Of a stretch of DNA of 64,000 nt, positions 14,475-28,938 are shown piece by piece. Positions within the stretch are counted from its first letter, which is position 1; each line of letters opens with the position of its first letter. Both the position numbers and the translations under genes were made by a program. The notes below the pieces were generated by a model, which was not told where the DNA came from, ran no database searches, and saw only the letters and a list, made by a program, of their open reading frames with translations. The DNA comes from Eledone cirrhosa. Taxonomy: Eukaryota. The DNA lies in NCBI GenBank assembly GCA_964016885.1, contig OZ024749.1, forward strand, positions 50,158,001 through 50,222,000, written 5' to 3'.

Positions 14475-15560
14475 AGAATGAGAGGGTGAAATATAATTAT
14501 ATATCATACACTGCATATCATTATGCAACTTACCATTATCATTCATCCAGTTGCTGCAAGAATATATGAATTCTTTAGTAGTCCTTGTTCATGTTATATA
14601 GGCATATATAATAGTTTTGTATAATGGATTGAAGTAAATTCCATTAAATCAATATAGAATCTTCAATATAAAAATATGATATGATATAAAATACCGTTCG
14701 TTTCCAAGTTGCTTGCCGGAAAGATTTACAGATTAGGGTTCAGGAAGACCGGGGGAAAGCATGAATCTACGTATTGAAATATTATAGTGGTTCCAAAAAC
14801 TGCACGTAAAAGTAACTACCGTATCATCAAGTGTCTAACGCCCAAGGTATAGAACATCTTTTTTTGTTTAAATCATATAATGTATTTTCGTCAACAGGGA
14901 TGAAATTCTTAATTAAATCTATAGACTTTGATAAGTATATGTCTCGAAACTGCGACATCTCTGCTTGTTTGTGAATAAAGTCTCAAATATGGGTTTGCCA
15001 TTAATATTAACAGGCATACTAACATCCTTCAGTCCAGGTTGTATAATCCTACACCAGTTTATTCCCTTCCAATTTATGTAATATCTTATTTTTCAAAGGT
15101 TTCAGCAAATTTGAACTTGTTTTTTTTACATTACGCTTACCATGAAATCAAACATGTTTTACTAAACTACCACCACAAGATTGTATACTACGTATTAATA
15201 TTACATACAGTATCTATATTTATCATTTAAATACTCAATATATAGCATATCAATATATCAATATATTGAATATGTTTCATGAGCAAATGAAATCATAAAT
15301 ATCTCTGTTTAAGTATTATTTTGTGTCATTGTTCAGGACATATTATTGAATACCATTAATTGGAGATATTCAAATAACACTGGGATGTTTACCGTTTACA
15401 TATTATAAATACTTTTTTATCAAAAAACACACTTCATCCTTCTGTATGAATATATGTGTTCTGTTCCCTGAGCTCTTACGGTTGCAGCAGCTAGTTATAA
15501 TCTGCAACTAGCTGTTAAAATGGTAAGAACACAGCCATCGATCGGGGTCCCGACTTTTTA

Positions 15561-15617
<57 letters not shown>

Positions 15618-15661
15618 CTCCCCCACACACACACAGGTGTATATATATATATATATATATA

Positions 15662-15860
15662 TATAACGAAGGAAAAGTGGTAAGGAACCAGGTTTACCAT
15701 AACGCACCAAAGTACTCAATACTTGAGGTAGTAGAGTGGGTAATAGGAACCAGTAAGACCCCGACAGCTGAGCTCAAGCCGTTTCGACGGCTAATTCTGG
15801 ACTAAATGAAAATTTATCCTGGTATTTAAATAGCCGATCTTCTCAAGGGGTAATTCCATA
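15662..15860 (-). mobile_element. PLE/retrozyme-like 3' terminal repeat abutting (TA)n
   Basis: Near-identical to 20301-20436 (about 4 mismatches in about 135 bp), contains a hammerhead fold, and its 3' end runs into (TA)n. Confidence 0.7.
15758..15851 (-). ncRNA. type I hammerhead ribozyme with full stem III, degenerate core
   Basis: Reverse complement: acccc TTGAGAA gatcggcta...tagccgtc GAAA cggct tgagctc agctg TC ggggt. The core differs from CUGANGA by two transitions. Confidence 0.6.
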
Positions 15861-15968
15861 TATGGTCAAAGTGATTGTCAAAAATCAGTAGTAATTCTGT
15901 GGTTGCAAATTAGTAGGGGAGATGGTGGCTAAACCTGCCATATATATAAACACCTCCCCCACACAGAC

Positions 15969-16029
<61 letters not shown>

Positions 16030-16280
16030 GAAGTTCTATTTAAATTGTTGGGATACAACAAGCAAATATTTTTATAACTGATATAAAGCACTCACCAAAT
16101 TATTCGAGTAAAAATACGATATATTAACAAATGGAAACTATATTTATAAAACCATATTTATTTAATTATACATATTATATTTTATCTGATGAAAGCACAC
16201 CATAATTTAACTTGGTGTCATTGAAATATGTATAATGAAATAAATATGGTTTTATGAATATAGTTTCCATTTGTTAATAT

Positions 16281-16319
<39 letters not shown>

Positions 16320-16321
<2 letters not shown>

Positions 16322-16434
16322 AATAGAATGAAACGAAATTTCATTTCTCACTCTTAGTACGGCATTTACTTAAATGTAAAGTATGTATTATGTATACGTA
16401 CATACATATATGTATACAGACCTACAGTAATATG
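16320..16434 (-). repeat. dispersed repeat, paralog of 43919-44000 and 44375-44489
   Basis: Reverse complement ...acatttaagtaaatgccgtactaagagtgagaaatgaaatttcgtttcatt, followed by (TA)n. Confidence 0.85.
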
Positions 16435-17060
16435 TATATATATACATACATGCACACATATATATATGCACGTATCGGGTAACCGAACATTTATTATAAT
16501 GCTCGGTTTGTTTGTAAACACACATATATATATAGGGTTAAATATATAGATGTATGTGTGCAAGTGCTCACGTTGAATATAATGATATATCCCTTGTCTA
16601 CTCAAATTGTAACATTAGAAACCTATATAATAATGCACTTTAAAAACAATTTATTGATTTATAAAAAAAAATATATATATATCTCATAGGCGCAACAATG
16701 CGTTGAAAATGACTCCTGTTACAATATACTAATGTTGTTGTGTATTGATTTCTTTAGTGTTTATATTTTAAAATACTTATTATATTAAATCTCCCCCAAA
16801 CAGGTTTTTTCCTTATGTTCTCAATACCAATGTCACCGATCTGTATTTTTATGTCGAAAATGAAGTAAATAATTTTCTTATTTAGTTCAATGAATATCTT
16901 TAAGATTTTTTCTTTGAATTCCTCTGAGCAGATTTCCTAAATTTGTTCTTCGTGTTTATAAAGTATAGAGTGAAAATGTCACCCGATATAACTGCTTGCT
17001 ACAAAGGCCCCATCGTATCCTCAGTGAAATACTACAAATAGAACCATTACAACCCATGAT

Positions 17061-17139
<79 letters not shown>

Positions 17140-17194
17140 CTCTCTCTTTCCCTCTCTCTCTCTCTCTCTCTCCATCTCTCTCTCTCTCCCTCTA

Positions 17195-17329
<135 letters not shown>

Positions 17330-18201
17330 TTTGAGATTCGAAACCGATTCGGTAAAGGTAACTATAGTAAGTAAAGTTAATTTTTTTTTATTTATTTTGA
17401 AACTTTTTCATTATTTGCTAATCCTTGATTATATATATATATATATATCGTATATCATGTCCGAAATCCAATTCATCTCTCAAGTACATCATAAAATAAT
17501 GAAAGTTATCTCCACCATTATTCCCACCAACATCATCAGGTTGTTTAGAGTAACCTAACCTCTTCAACAAAGAGAAACAATGTAAATATCTAAGGGAATT
17601 AATCATAGCTAGTATTAATATTATCTTGTTGGCTGCAACATCGGCTTAATTGTCAAAATGTGTATGTAATTAATACATTCTAATGTGGGAGTATTTTGGA
17701 TAAAAAACACGTAAGATGACACTACATTTTTAAGATTCGTGGACAAGGCATTTATTATTCATATGAAACTAACAAAATACAAATGATGTCCATCATATCG
17801 CGTTATACGCATTAGGTTTCATATAAGCCTGGGCATATATGACACAGCTGTCATAAAACTATAAATCCAATGTAAACTATCTGCGGTGACTTAAGTTATG
17901 AAGTTATGTTTTCATAATACAATCGTCTAAAGAATTTCTACGTAGACGTTTTAAGAAAATCTTATAGATCATAACATTGAAATATTGGTATGTCGGTAAG
18001 AATTATGTATTTAATTACTAAGAGTAGAGTATTTTTTCAATTAAGCTTCCCGGTATGGTATTTAAAATGTATCTGCCCAACTTCCGTTATTCTGATTTTC
18101 TGAAAAATAATATATTCTTGTAACACGATGATTCGAAGACCAATCAAAATAAATACGTGGTGATACAATTTCACTGATTAATGCTCATATATTTTCTAGG
18201 T

Positions 18202-18302
<101 letters not shown>

Positions 18303-18550
18303 GGTATACAAGGATGCAATTGATTCCTAGCACTCAACATCATATTACTTCCTGAAAGCAAGGATGACGGAGTATATTAAATAAGAAGAAAATTCAAAGA
18401 TGTTAGTGTCCTTTATCAATTGAGCCGTTAATTTCCATAACGTTAGACATTGCGATTTCCTCAGACAGCAATAATTGATTAAAAGGTACCATTTAGGCAA
18501 TTTAGTGTGGAAAGGAGCGGACTAAAAAAAATGTGTATGCTTTTGCTTTG

Positions 18551-18621
<71 letters not shown>

Positions 18622-19980
18622 TGTGTGTTTGTGTGTCTGAGTATTTATGTCATGGTTACCCTTTTCCTATAATGCCAGAGAAGGAATTACATAAGTTATG
18701 ACTAATTTAAGTTAATTCATGACTGGCGAGATTTGCAACAGAAGGTATTCTCAAATCCTGTCTATACAAGCTTGCATCTGTGTTGACATCTAATTGGGAA
18801 ATAGTTGTTTGAAACAGTGCAACGGATTAAGTCTACCAATCAGGTACAACTTTTTCTATTTGATATTAGTTGTTCAATTGAATTTATAATTTCACCTGCA
18901 TATTGTAAGTTAGAATGTGTATAAAACAGTAAATATATTACAAAGTATGATTATGTTACATATTATTTGCTACAACAAGGAAAATAATCAAGTATATTAA
19001 GTAATGTAAATGAGAATAAAGAGTCACATTCTTTAGCACAATCTTGGCGATATTATTCATCGGTGTGAAGAAAAGCAAAGACCCACGTTCACTTAGACCC
19101 TCCGATATACACGGCTCACCTTTTTCAGGCGGAAAAAGAAAATTCTTTGACATAGGACGAACGGTCTCTCCGGCGACCGGCATAAAGACGAAACGATCGT
19201 ATTGTCTTCTCCGATTATTGCCAATAAGAATAGGATAATGTGATGACTATATGTGTTGTATATGTCTATTCAATGTATAGCAATTATGGAAATTATTTCC
19301 ATAATGCCTCACTTACACAATGACCTTAAGGCTTATACAAAACTGGGTTTGAATATTTCTATCTTTTCTCTAAATGTCACTATCACCACGTGGACTAATA
19401 TTATGGTATCTCCTTATACGCAAATGTATTTAAACGTATATTATTATGATATAGTGGTAAATCTTCCTGGAAATTATGGGCAAATAGACGAGAATTGGAA
19501 AGAATCAACATATGGGAAAACTATAACTACATCCTATCTGTGCGAATATAAACTCTCAATAAAGGTTAAAATAATAGTCGTAAATATCTATCAGTTGGGT
19601 GCCATAAATAGAGTATATCTGTGCCAAATGATTTCCAATTTGTTTTGTTATTCCATGTTATGAGTTCAACGACGCCGAATCAGTAAAATAGTTTATAATC
19701 ATCTATTCCCATCTAATTCAAGTGTTTATAACAATCTCCCAAATACACTCCGTTTAATCAAATGAATTCTACCAATATTTCAAATATGTATTAATAGTGG
19801 CGACGTAGCTGAAACCAGGCAATGCAATATCGGTTTCGTTATGATATAATGTATGGAGTGTTTTGCTAATATATTATATATCTTCGTTTTTCATACTGAA
19901 ATGAATATGAATCGTCAAATATATATACATACAGTCGGATGGCTGGAACAGGTAAAATAGTAAAAGAGTAATACATTTAG

Positions 19981-20493
<513 letters not shown>

Positions 20494-20652
20494 ATATATA
20501 TATATATATATATTAGGTATAGGATTATCCTAGATGTAGTAATGGTTAATTACTACACTGGATATGGTTGACGTACGGTGAGAGGTTACTCAACGAGTTA
20601 TGGAATGATTGTTGAAGAAACTTAGTTCCTGATCCTTCTGTATTCCGGAGTG

Positions 20653-21306
20653 TAGTTAAAGAATGAATAATAACAGGTAGACATCATAAAAAGGTAATTT
20701 ATTCCGTGTGCTTACAAAAGTTTCCACGGTGGTAATACAGCCTACTTATGCTATGTGCAAATTTACAACTATTTGCAGAACTCAAATGTCAAATGCTGTG
20801 ACCACTCTATCATCAGAGCAGAATAGTTAAAATGTACAATGTAAATACCCTTAAGTGAGGTTATTGGAGAAGATAGAGGAGAAAAGGAAGAGAGAAAAGT
20901 AGGGGAGAGAGAGAGAGAGAGAGAAAGATATGCAGGGGTTGGAGAAATAGGAGAGAATGGCTTGTAGATATCTTAATCACAATGTTATGGTAGGGGTTTT
21001 ATTATACTGGCTACTTTTAGAGAGATGCGTTGATAGTCAAGGTTGGAATTATTTATTGCCCCAGAGGGCAGGTTCATAGATGTCGAGAGGAGGTAGACCA
21101 AAGGCGAGAGAGAGAGAGATTGGAATGGATATAGAGGGAGAGATAGAGAGGGGACAGACGAAGTCTATCGGGTGGGTGAACTTTGGGTTCGTAGTAGTAA
21201 TCTGCGAATTGTACTGAGTTAACATTTATAGTGATAAGCAGGGTACTGTCTTGTAGTGTGGGGGGAAGAGAAGGTGGTTAGCTAGGAAGCGATGTTATAG
21301 TTACGG
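20653..21306 (-). mobile_element. PLE lineage 2 3' UTR/pLTR (inverted copy)
   Basis: Its first 65 bp are the reverse complement of 21643-21707, the UTR just after the GIY-YIG ORF. It contains a hammerhead, and its terminus tcattctttaact is shared with 40797 and 42569. Confidence 0.75.
20709..20820 (-). ncRNA. type I hammerhead ribozyme, intact core, extended stem II
   Basis: Reverse complement: TGCT CTGATGA tagagtggtcacagc...tgcaaat/atttgca...gctgtattaccaccgtg GAAA CTTTTG TA AGCA. Confidence 0.8.
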
Positions 21307-21322
21307 TATATGTTATATTTGG

Positions 21323-21707
21323 TATTACATTGGATCTACCACCACCTCGTTTAAATCTCGCTTCTCAATCAAACATCCTGATCACCGTTTTGTGACCACG
21401 CTCGCCAACAAGACCTGGCAACTCCGTGAACGCAACCAACAGTTCACCTTAAAATGGGATATACTTTCCAGCGCAAGTGCATATCCGAGTGGATTGAAGT
21501 ACTGTAGCTATGTAACCTTGAACTCTTTTACATATGAAAATCCAAAAATAAACTACTTAACGATAGAATCGAACGATCATTATACTGCAACCACAAACTA
21601 AAAGCTAAATGTTCTCACTATAAAATAACTTAACATTCGAACCCGTAACTATAACATCGCTTTCTAGCTAACCACCTTCTCTTTACCCCACACTACAAGA
21701 CAATACC
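21323..21707 (+). mobile_element. PLE lineage 2 GIY-YIG endonuclease C-terminal pseudogene plus start of 3' UTR
   Basis: YYIGSTTTSFKSRF...TTLANKTWQLRE...LKWDIL...Y...C, then a frameshift to LCNLELFYI*...LLNDRIERSLYCNH. Confidence 0.78.
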
Positions 21708-21796
21708 GGGATTTGAACTCAGATCATAAAGGGCCGCAAATCTATGCTGCGAAGCATGGCATCCGACCTTCTTCCGATACTGCCAATCCAACGCCC
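21707..21796 (-). mobile_element. SINE family 1, tRNA head only
   Basis: Reverse complement: gggcgttggattggcagtatcgg...tctgagttcaaatcccg. Confidence 0.88.
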
Positions 21797-22366
21797 ATTC
21801 TAATAATGTGAGCAACCTTCACAATTTGGCAATGTAACTCAGGTATAGGATATTTATCGGCATAAGTCTTAACGGGAACTTCCTTTATTTAAGTTATTTG
21901 CATTCGACGTTCTTCGGCACGGTGCTAAGTAATATACATGCATTCTGAAACTATCATTACATTACATATTTCCACATGAACATATTTGTATTCAGGGAGG
22001 TAATCACTTCTCAGCATTTACGTACACAATCAATAATTTTAATTAATCCCACACGGTGAAAATGTTGAATGTGTATTAGCAAACTATGCAAGCTGCTTAA
22101 ATCCCTACTGATACATTATCCAAATTTATATCATCAAGTTATATGGTTCTGCTATAAGATTTAGCTATATTAAGGATTTTCATGTGAGGCTTCAAGTTAA
22201 GAGTTCGTAAATACAATGAAAGTCTAAATACGATTATAATGGCCGTTTCAATAAAAGCAAGGAATGGTGGGTGGTAACATTTATCGAATACAAATTCAGT
22301 GTTATTTAATTCAATACTTTACTGTTGAAATTCTAATTATTGATTTTGGTAAAGTTTTACCTTACA

Positions 22367-22551
22367 AATAATTGTTTCTACTTTTGGTACAAGGCCAACA
22401 ATTATCCCAGTGTATTACTGGTACTTTATTTCATCGATCATGTAAGGATGAGCGGCAAAGTTATCCTCGGCAGGATTTAAACTCAGATCATAAAGGGGCG
22501 TAACTCTATGCTGCAACGCATGGCATCCGACCATCTACCGATACTTCCAAT
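22367..22551 (-). mobile_element. SINE family 1, short variant
   Basis: Full consensus match, flanked by the direct repeat tacaaataat (22363-22372 and 22551-22560). Confidence 0.92.
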
Positions 22552-23469
22552 ACAAATAATGGTATATAAGTAATGTGCCAGATGCTATATAGTTTCCATT
22601 CAAAGAACGTCGATTGAGTCGATCAGCCAATAGGAAATAACAGCGACATTTCTCTTAAATTACCCAGTGTTCTTTGAAAAGTACTAGAAGACATGGAACT
22701 GTATGTTATATATCGAAATTCCTTCCACATATAATATACTTAAACAAATGATTTGAAATCAATTATTTGATTTGTGATCAAATATTTCACTTATACATCG
22801 TAGATACTTCATATAATTATAAACACTATGTTTCCCACAGCATATTTATTACCTTGGGCTGGTCTTCTAATTACGTCATACCTCCAGATCGGAAGCATCC
22901 ACAATAGATTAAATGCTGGAGAAAAAGATTCCTCTGCAGAACTCTGCCATGTGTTCTGATATATGTATATTAAATTCCGCGTTACCTACAAATAAACATG
23001 CTAATTATTATCTGGGTCTTACATGACTAACAATAAGCGGGCACGAATAATTTTATATCGAATTCTTTCCAACGAATACAATTCAAATCTTTACTCACGT
23101 GTATTAAAACTTTACCATGACAATGTACTATCGATTGTATTACAGATCTGGTTAGACAGAATATTTTAGTATAAATTTAGTTAATTTCACACGAGGCGAA
23201 TATGTTTCATTACCCATATAGACACTTATCAACATACATTACCGTAGAAGATATTATTCTGCAAATAGAGAATTAATCATAGTTTACATTGAAATCATTC
23301 ATTTATTACTCCCATTGGCAAAATAAAACTATATTATCGCTAATTCCCAGTTTCCTTTGTGTACACATATTTAACGATGTCCCTACATTTAGAAACATCC
23401 GCTTGAAATATTTAAAACTAACATGTTAAAATTAAGGAAATAATGATCCTACTAAATAAAATATTGTCA

Positions 23470-23712
23470 GTCTTTAGCGCAGATCCTCATCATGTAGGTG
23501 CTCATCCTGGTTTTCTTTTCGTTAAGCGATGAGAGTAGATGGTACCTCCATTGCAGGAGGTAAATCCTCAGGTATTGCTGGTAATTATGTTCAGCTGCAT
23601 GGAAATGTTAAATGAACTGTTTTGCTCAGGTACACAACACACACATGAATGCAGGAATCTAAACCACAACAGTATGACAGTAGGTCCAACACACTTACCA
23701 CCGAGCTAAGCT
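23470..23712 (-). mobile_element. older SINE (family 2-like), near full length
   Basis: Minus-strand head gcttagctcggtggtaagtg...gtggtttagattcc (A/B-box like), followed by gtgttgtgtacctgagcaa (CORE/V-like block). Confidence 0.6.
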
Positions 23713-26700
23713 TTTTCATATTATATGAAATTACTTAAACGTGATATATCACTAAATGTTAATGTATCAACATTTTATATGATAGTTGATGAGCTTTGTA
23801 TCTCTTTGCCATTGGAAAACTAATGAGAAGTGTGATACTTTATGGTGTTCTGATAGTGATTGTTTACGGGAGACCCGCCCCCATCAGAGAATGAATTGGT
23901 GGGCGCTCGTTTCTTCTTGCCTGTAGTAATTGTTAAAGAGGATGTGTACATAAATATTAATTTGCATCTAGGCGTTGTGAACTCTTTTTATACAACTATA
24001 ATATATTCAATCATGCTTTCCATCAACTATAGAAAATCAAAGGCCCACTATGTCGAATTTCTTATTGGCGCCACAATAATGATCATCCGAATATTTATTA
24101 CGATATGCATATTAAAGGTTTGATAGATTCTCATCGAAAACAATACTTGTTGATGGAGATCAAAAGGATCAATTTTGACTAATAACTTTCTTGATCACGA
24201 AATGTAATACGACTTTATGTGTTAATTCCTTAATCATATGGAATATCTGTATTTTAATGCATTCCAGAAAGACAAAAATGAATACGTGATACGAAAAAAA
24301 TATGTATATATTACAAGATTATAAATTTCAAGATTTCATTTATTTCGTATGAATCGAATTTTGGTATTAAACATTGTTTTCATATTCAGGCACAATTCTC
24401 TTCAGTCAATGAAATGTTCATATAGGAATAAAGAAAATGTTAATTCGAGGAAAAACAAATATATATTTAGAATTTAACTAATAATGCATGCGCTTGTTCA
24501 AATCCAAATGTCTTGTTTTAATCTGAATGCTACTTTTTCAGTTTCTGTGAATCCATGACAATAGAAATACAAAACAAAAAAATAGACGTTTTGTTGGCTG
24601 TATTTCTCTGACAAGATTGTCATTAATTCTGTGACATTTCCTCTGTGGTTTGTCATTAATCAATCCTTTAAAGAAATTTGTTGATATTTAAATTGTGTCA
24701 GAAAAATGATATCTATAAGAATGCGGATTAAGTCATCATTCAATTTTGTCATGTCATATTGCAATATATTTATTTGATAAATGTAATTCCATAAATCTTT
24801 AGACATTTACAATGATTAGCTGCATGCATCGAAAAACAAATCTGATCACAGAGAAATGGCTCAAATAACGCATTTCTGAAGATTCAAGCATTTTATCATG
24901 GAACACAGCATACGCAATGCTGCTGTTGAACATTCAATTTAGAAAAACATCGCAAGACACAAAATAACTAATGACATTGATAAGAAAGCACAGAATAATT
25001 CACGTAAGAGACAGTGAAATCAAATCATGTAGGGTTGACAGATTTACATTAAAGGAAAGTAATAGATGAAGATCAAATCAAACGGAGACGTATAAAATAT
25101 TGAAGATGAGACAGGGTTGCGTACGTTCACATGAGAAATATAACAATATCAATATCGCAAGCAACGCATATGTATAGTGTTGATTTTAACAATCTGAAGT
25201 TGGTCAAATTTGGATCGAAGCGCCATTGAACCCACATGAAATATTACCATGCAGACCAACATTCTTCACACGAAATGTATTCAATAGTTTGTAAATAATG
25301 ATGCCTGATCACACAGTAGCTCAAACATTCCATAACAAGATGGATCGAGACGACCAAACTATTTGAACAAGCAAAATTATCTATGTAATCATTAGTGTCT
25401 CTAGAAAGTGTACCAGAATCTCCCGTAAAACATACGATAATCAGTTACATTTCATCAGATTTCAATATGCATGTCTAGGTTCGAAACAGTTGATGCCAAA
25501 ATGTGTTTGATCATTTTTTCTCCTGTATATGGCTAAGTATTAACAATTTAATTAACGATATAACTCACAATCAAATACTTTAAATTATTCCTACATTCCA
25601 TGCTTGCCAGCAATAATACCTTCGTAACTGTATAGCATACCATAAGTGTATACTCTATTGTATACATAATCAATAAATAGCACAACATATTCGTTAGCTT
25701 CCAGGATGCCATGGCACTGACATACACAGCAGTTAATAATTTGCAATTTGTAGATAAGTATACGATAAGTGATCATCATCCTGCAAAATGAATATATTGG
25801 GTAATTTATCTTAACATTTCAAAACATACACCATGTTTCATGAACAGATAAAGAAATCAGGAATCCGACGTTAATAGTAATTCAGTAGGCTGGTGATTAT
25901 TAGATTATTGGAAAGTGATAGACAGTCCGGTATTGATAAATACGGAGAAATTATGTTTTATATTTACGTTTTGTATTGAATATATATTTATACTGTTTAA
26001 TCCGAAACAGAGAGAAGCATCTTTGTCTTCGAACACAGAACGTAAAATTTATTCCTAGCGTATGTATTTTATCAATCACTATAATGAGTATCTGAAGCTT
26101 GTTTGGACTGTTTTTATGATGCGTCTATCATCTGAAAATAAGTATAATTGTAAGTGAAAAAACTGTAGACTATTTATGAGTTATGGGTATTCCTTGTGAT
26201 GTGTTTATAGGAAAATATCATTTGGAATCTAGTGCGTATAAATCTAGTTATCACATATCCATCGAAGAGAATATCGACAAAATGTATCTAAAGTGAATAC
26301 AAATTTACCATAATTACATGTGGACATATAGGAAGTATATTTGATCTATGTTAAAGAAGCTTTAATCTAATAATTTCCGTTATAGATTTGTATTTCCACG
26401 CATTTTGCATGAAAATAAATCGAAAAGAAACAGAAAATAATCACACAAAACGATAACACGTAATGTGGTAGGAATATCCAGACGAACTATTTCAAATAAT
26501 ATTCAGGTGTTAAGGCCAACTGGCTCATTAGTCAGTAAAATATCGGCCATTAATCAAATAAATGTAGCCATTAATATCAAACTATAGTGTTAATGCCATC
26601 ATCATTATTCATAAGCAACATAGTGTAATGTCAAAATAGATTAGTTACGTTCCGGATTTCGGTAATCATAGACGGATGCTTTCTAGAGTAATGTTGGCAA

Positions 26701-27378
26701 ACCAATTGCTTTTCTCTATACAGACGAAGATAATTGAAATGTCGAAGTAATCATATACATCATATGGTCTCCTGTGCAAAGCAGCACGTTTCTTTAGAGA
26801 ATTATTGAGGTCAGTACAGTGAATGATTGAAAGTAGTAAGCAAATAATGTATGATCTAAAGCATTCGGAATAACATAGATTTCATTCGCAATTTTTTAAG
26901 TACATGTAACCGAATTTCTAAATAGGAAATATGTATTTTTAGCGATGTGGCTAACATTCACGAAGCATTTATTGGCAGGTTGCTATTACATCTGAATACA
27001 AAAGGGAAACTAACGAATGTTTGGTATATGAAAATGTGTCGATATTTCTCAGGTTTTTCCCAATAATATTTTATTCATCTTAATCAAATATGGATAGTAT
27101 AATTCATATAATAGATGTATATATCATATATGACCTTGTGTGAAACACCTTGTCGTTGTTTACAGTTATCCTATCAGCCAATATTGCAATCATTATAGCT
27201 AGCAGGCCGCAAATGAAAACAAATTTACTATCCAACGCAGGACATTTTTCCGACGAAGTTTCCATAATTATGAATACTGCGTTAGATGCTTTGGAATTTG
27301 ATAGATAATCATAACTATTAATACTAATACTACTGGTGCTGCTGCTACTACTACACTAATAATGATGATAATAATAAC

Positions 27379-27537
27379 TATTTCTTCTTTGGGCACAGAG
27401 CCAGCAATTATCCCAGTGCATTACTGGTACTTTATTTTATCTACCCTGTAATTATGAAAGGGAAAGTTAACCTTGAACTCAGAATGGAAAGGGCCGTAGC
27501 TCTATGCGCCAAAGCATGGCGTCCAGTCCTCTACCGA
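27379..27537 (-). mobile_element. SINE family 1, short variant, diverged
   Basis: Consensus match with a small internal deletion. Confidence 0.85.
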
Positions 27538-27562
27538 AAATGATAATAATAATAGTAATATT

Positions 27563-27689
27563 AATTATTTCTACTTTAGGCACAAGACTAGCAATCTGGG
27601 GGGGGGGGGAATTGATAACATCGACACCAGTGCATTACTGGTGTTTTATTTGTTGAGCCAGTAATGTGATAGGCAAAGTTCACCTCGGC
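27563..27689 (-). mobile_element. SINE family 1, long variant, 5'-truncated
   Basis: 3' tail, G-run and tcgacaccagtgcattactggt central block. Confidence 0.82.
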
Positions 27690-27776
27690 CAGTAATAATA
27701 TAAATTAGGATAATATTAATACGGAAAAATCAAAAACAATGGGAATTATGATGAAAAGAGTAGATAGTGTATTGGC

Positions 27777-27963
27777 AATAATTGTTTCTACTTTAGGCAC
27801 AAGGCCAGCAATTACCGAGTGCATTACTGGTACTTTATTTTATCGACCCCGTAAAGATGAAAGGCAAAGTCAACCTCAGCGGGATTTGAACTCAGATCGT
27901 AAAAGGACGTAACTATGCTGGAAAGCATGGCCACCGACAGTCTACCGATACTGACAATCCACC
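27777..27963 (-). mobile_element. SINE family 1, short variant, full length
   Basis: Consensus match including A/B boxes. Confidence 0.92.
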
Positions 27964-28606
27964 ATAATGATTAATATTTTGTTTCTACATTATCTTTAAT
28001 ATTATACCACTAATCCTGATGTGTTCCCTCACTCCCTCTCCATAATAACAAATCAAACAGTTGTCCATTTCCGAGACGATCAGGTGAAATTCTGGAGTCC
28101 AATATGTTGGGATTAAATAGTAGTTTCCATTAAATGCAAATGTTATCACAATAAGAGAAATACTCACGTGGACATGATCTGGAAAAATTAACGACATGTA
28201 TTTAAATCTATCCGATTCACTTAATAACATATATATAGCCGGACACCTTTTAGCAAGTGGCATTGTAGATGACAAATGAAATCGGGACATAAACAATTTC
28301 AATTCACGTCAAAAAGATGATATCCAAAGCCAGTCCTATTAACCCGTTTAAATCTTTACGTATTTTTGAATTCATTGAAAATCATGTGGAATAAAGGGAG
28401 CAATGGCAATATAAAATACAAATAATATTTTAATACACTTATTGAATGAATTATATACTTAGTTGGAAAGCACATTAAATCGGATTCTAAAGAAAAACAA
28501 AGTCAGCTATAAACATAGTAATATGATTAATCAATCGCGACGTGTAATCTATGAAGACAGACAGGTAAATTATAACTGAGACCACTAAATTAAACACAAA
28601 CACGTG

Positions 28607-28733
<127 letters not shown>

Positions 28734-28888
28734 CTGTTTACTTAAGTGACATTTTGAAATGAAAGCAACAAGACTACAACTGTTTCATTCATTTGAAATG
28801 AAACTTATCATCTCTACTAATGCATTATACAACCTATTTAACTAGTTTCTTTCCACAACCTGCGACACACCACACACACGTACACACA

Positions 28889-28938
<50 letters not shown>

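Noticed and set aside
25591-25800. Possible minus-strand exon (acceptor ttcattttgcag, open frame)
   Set aside because: No recognisable protein, weak donor, and no partner exons.
27985-28302. 105-aa minus-strand ORF
   Set aside because: No motif or splice support; it ends against a SINE.
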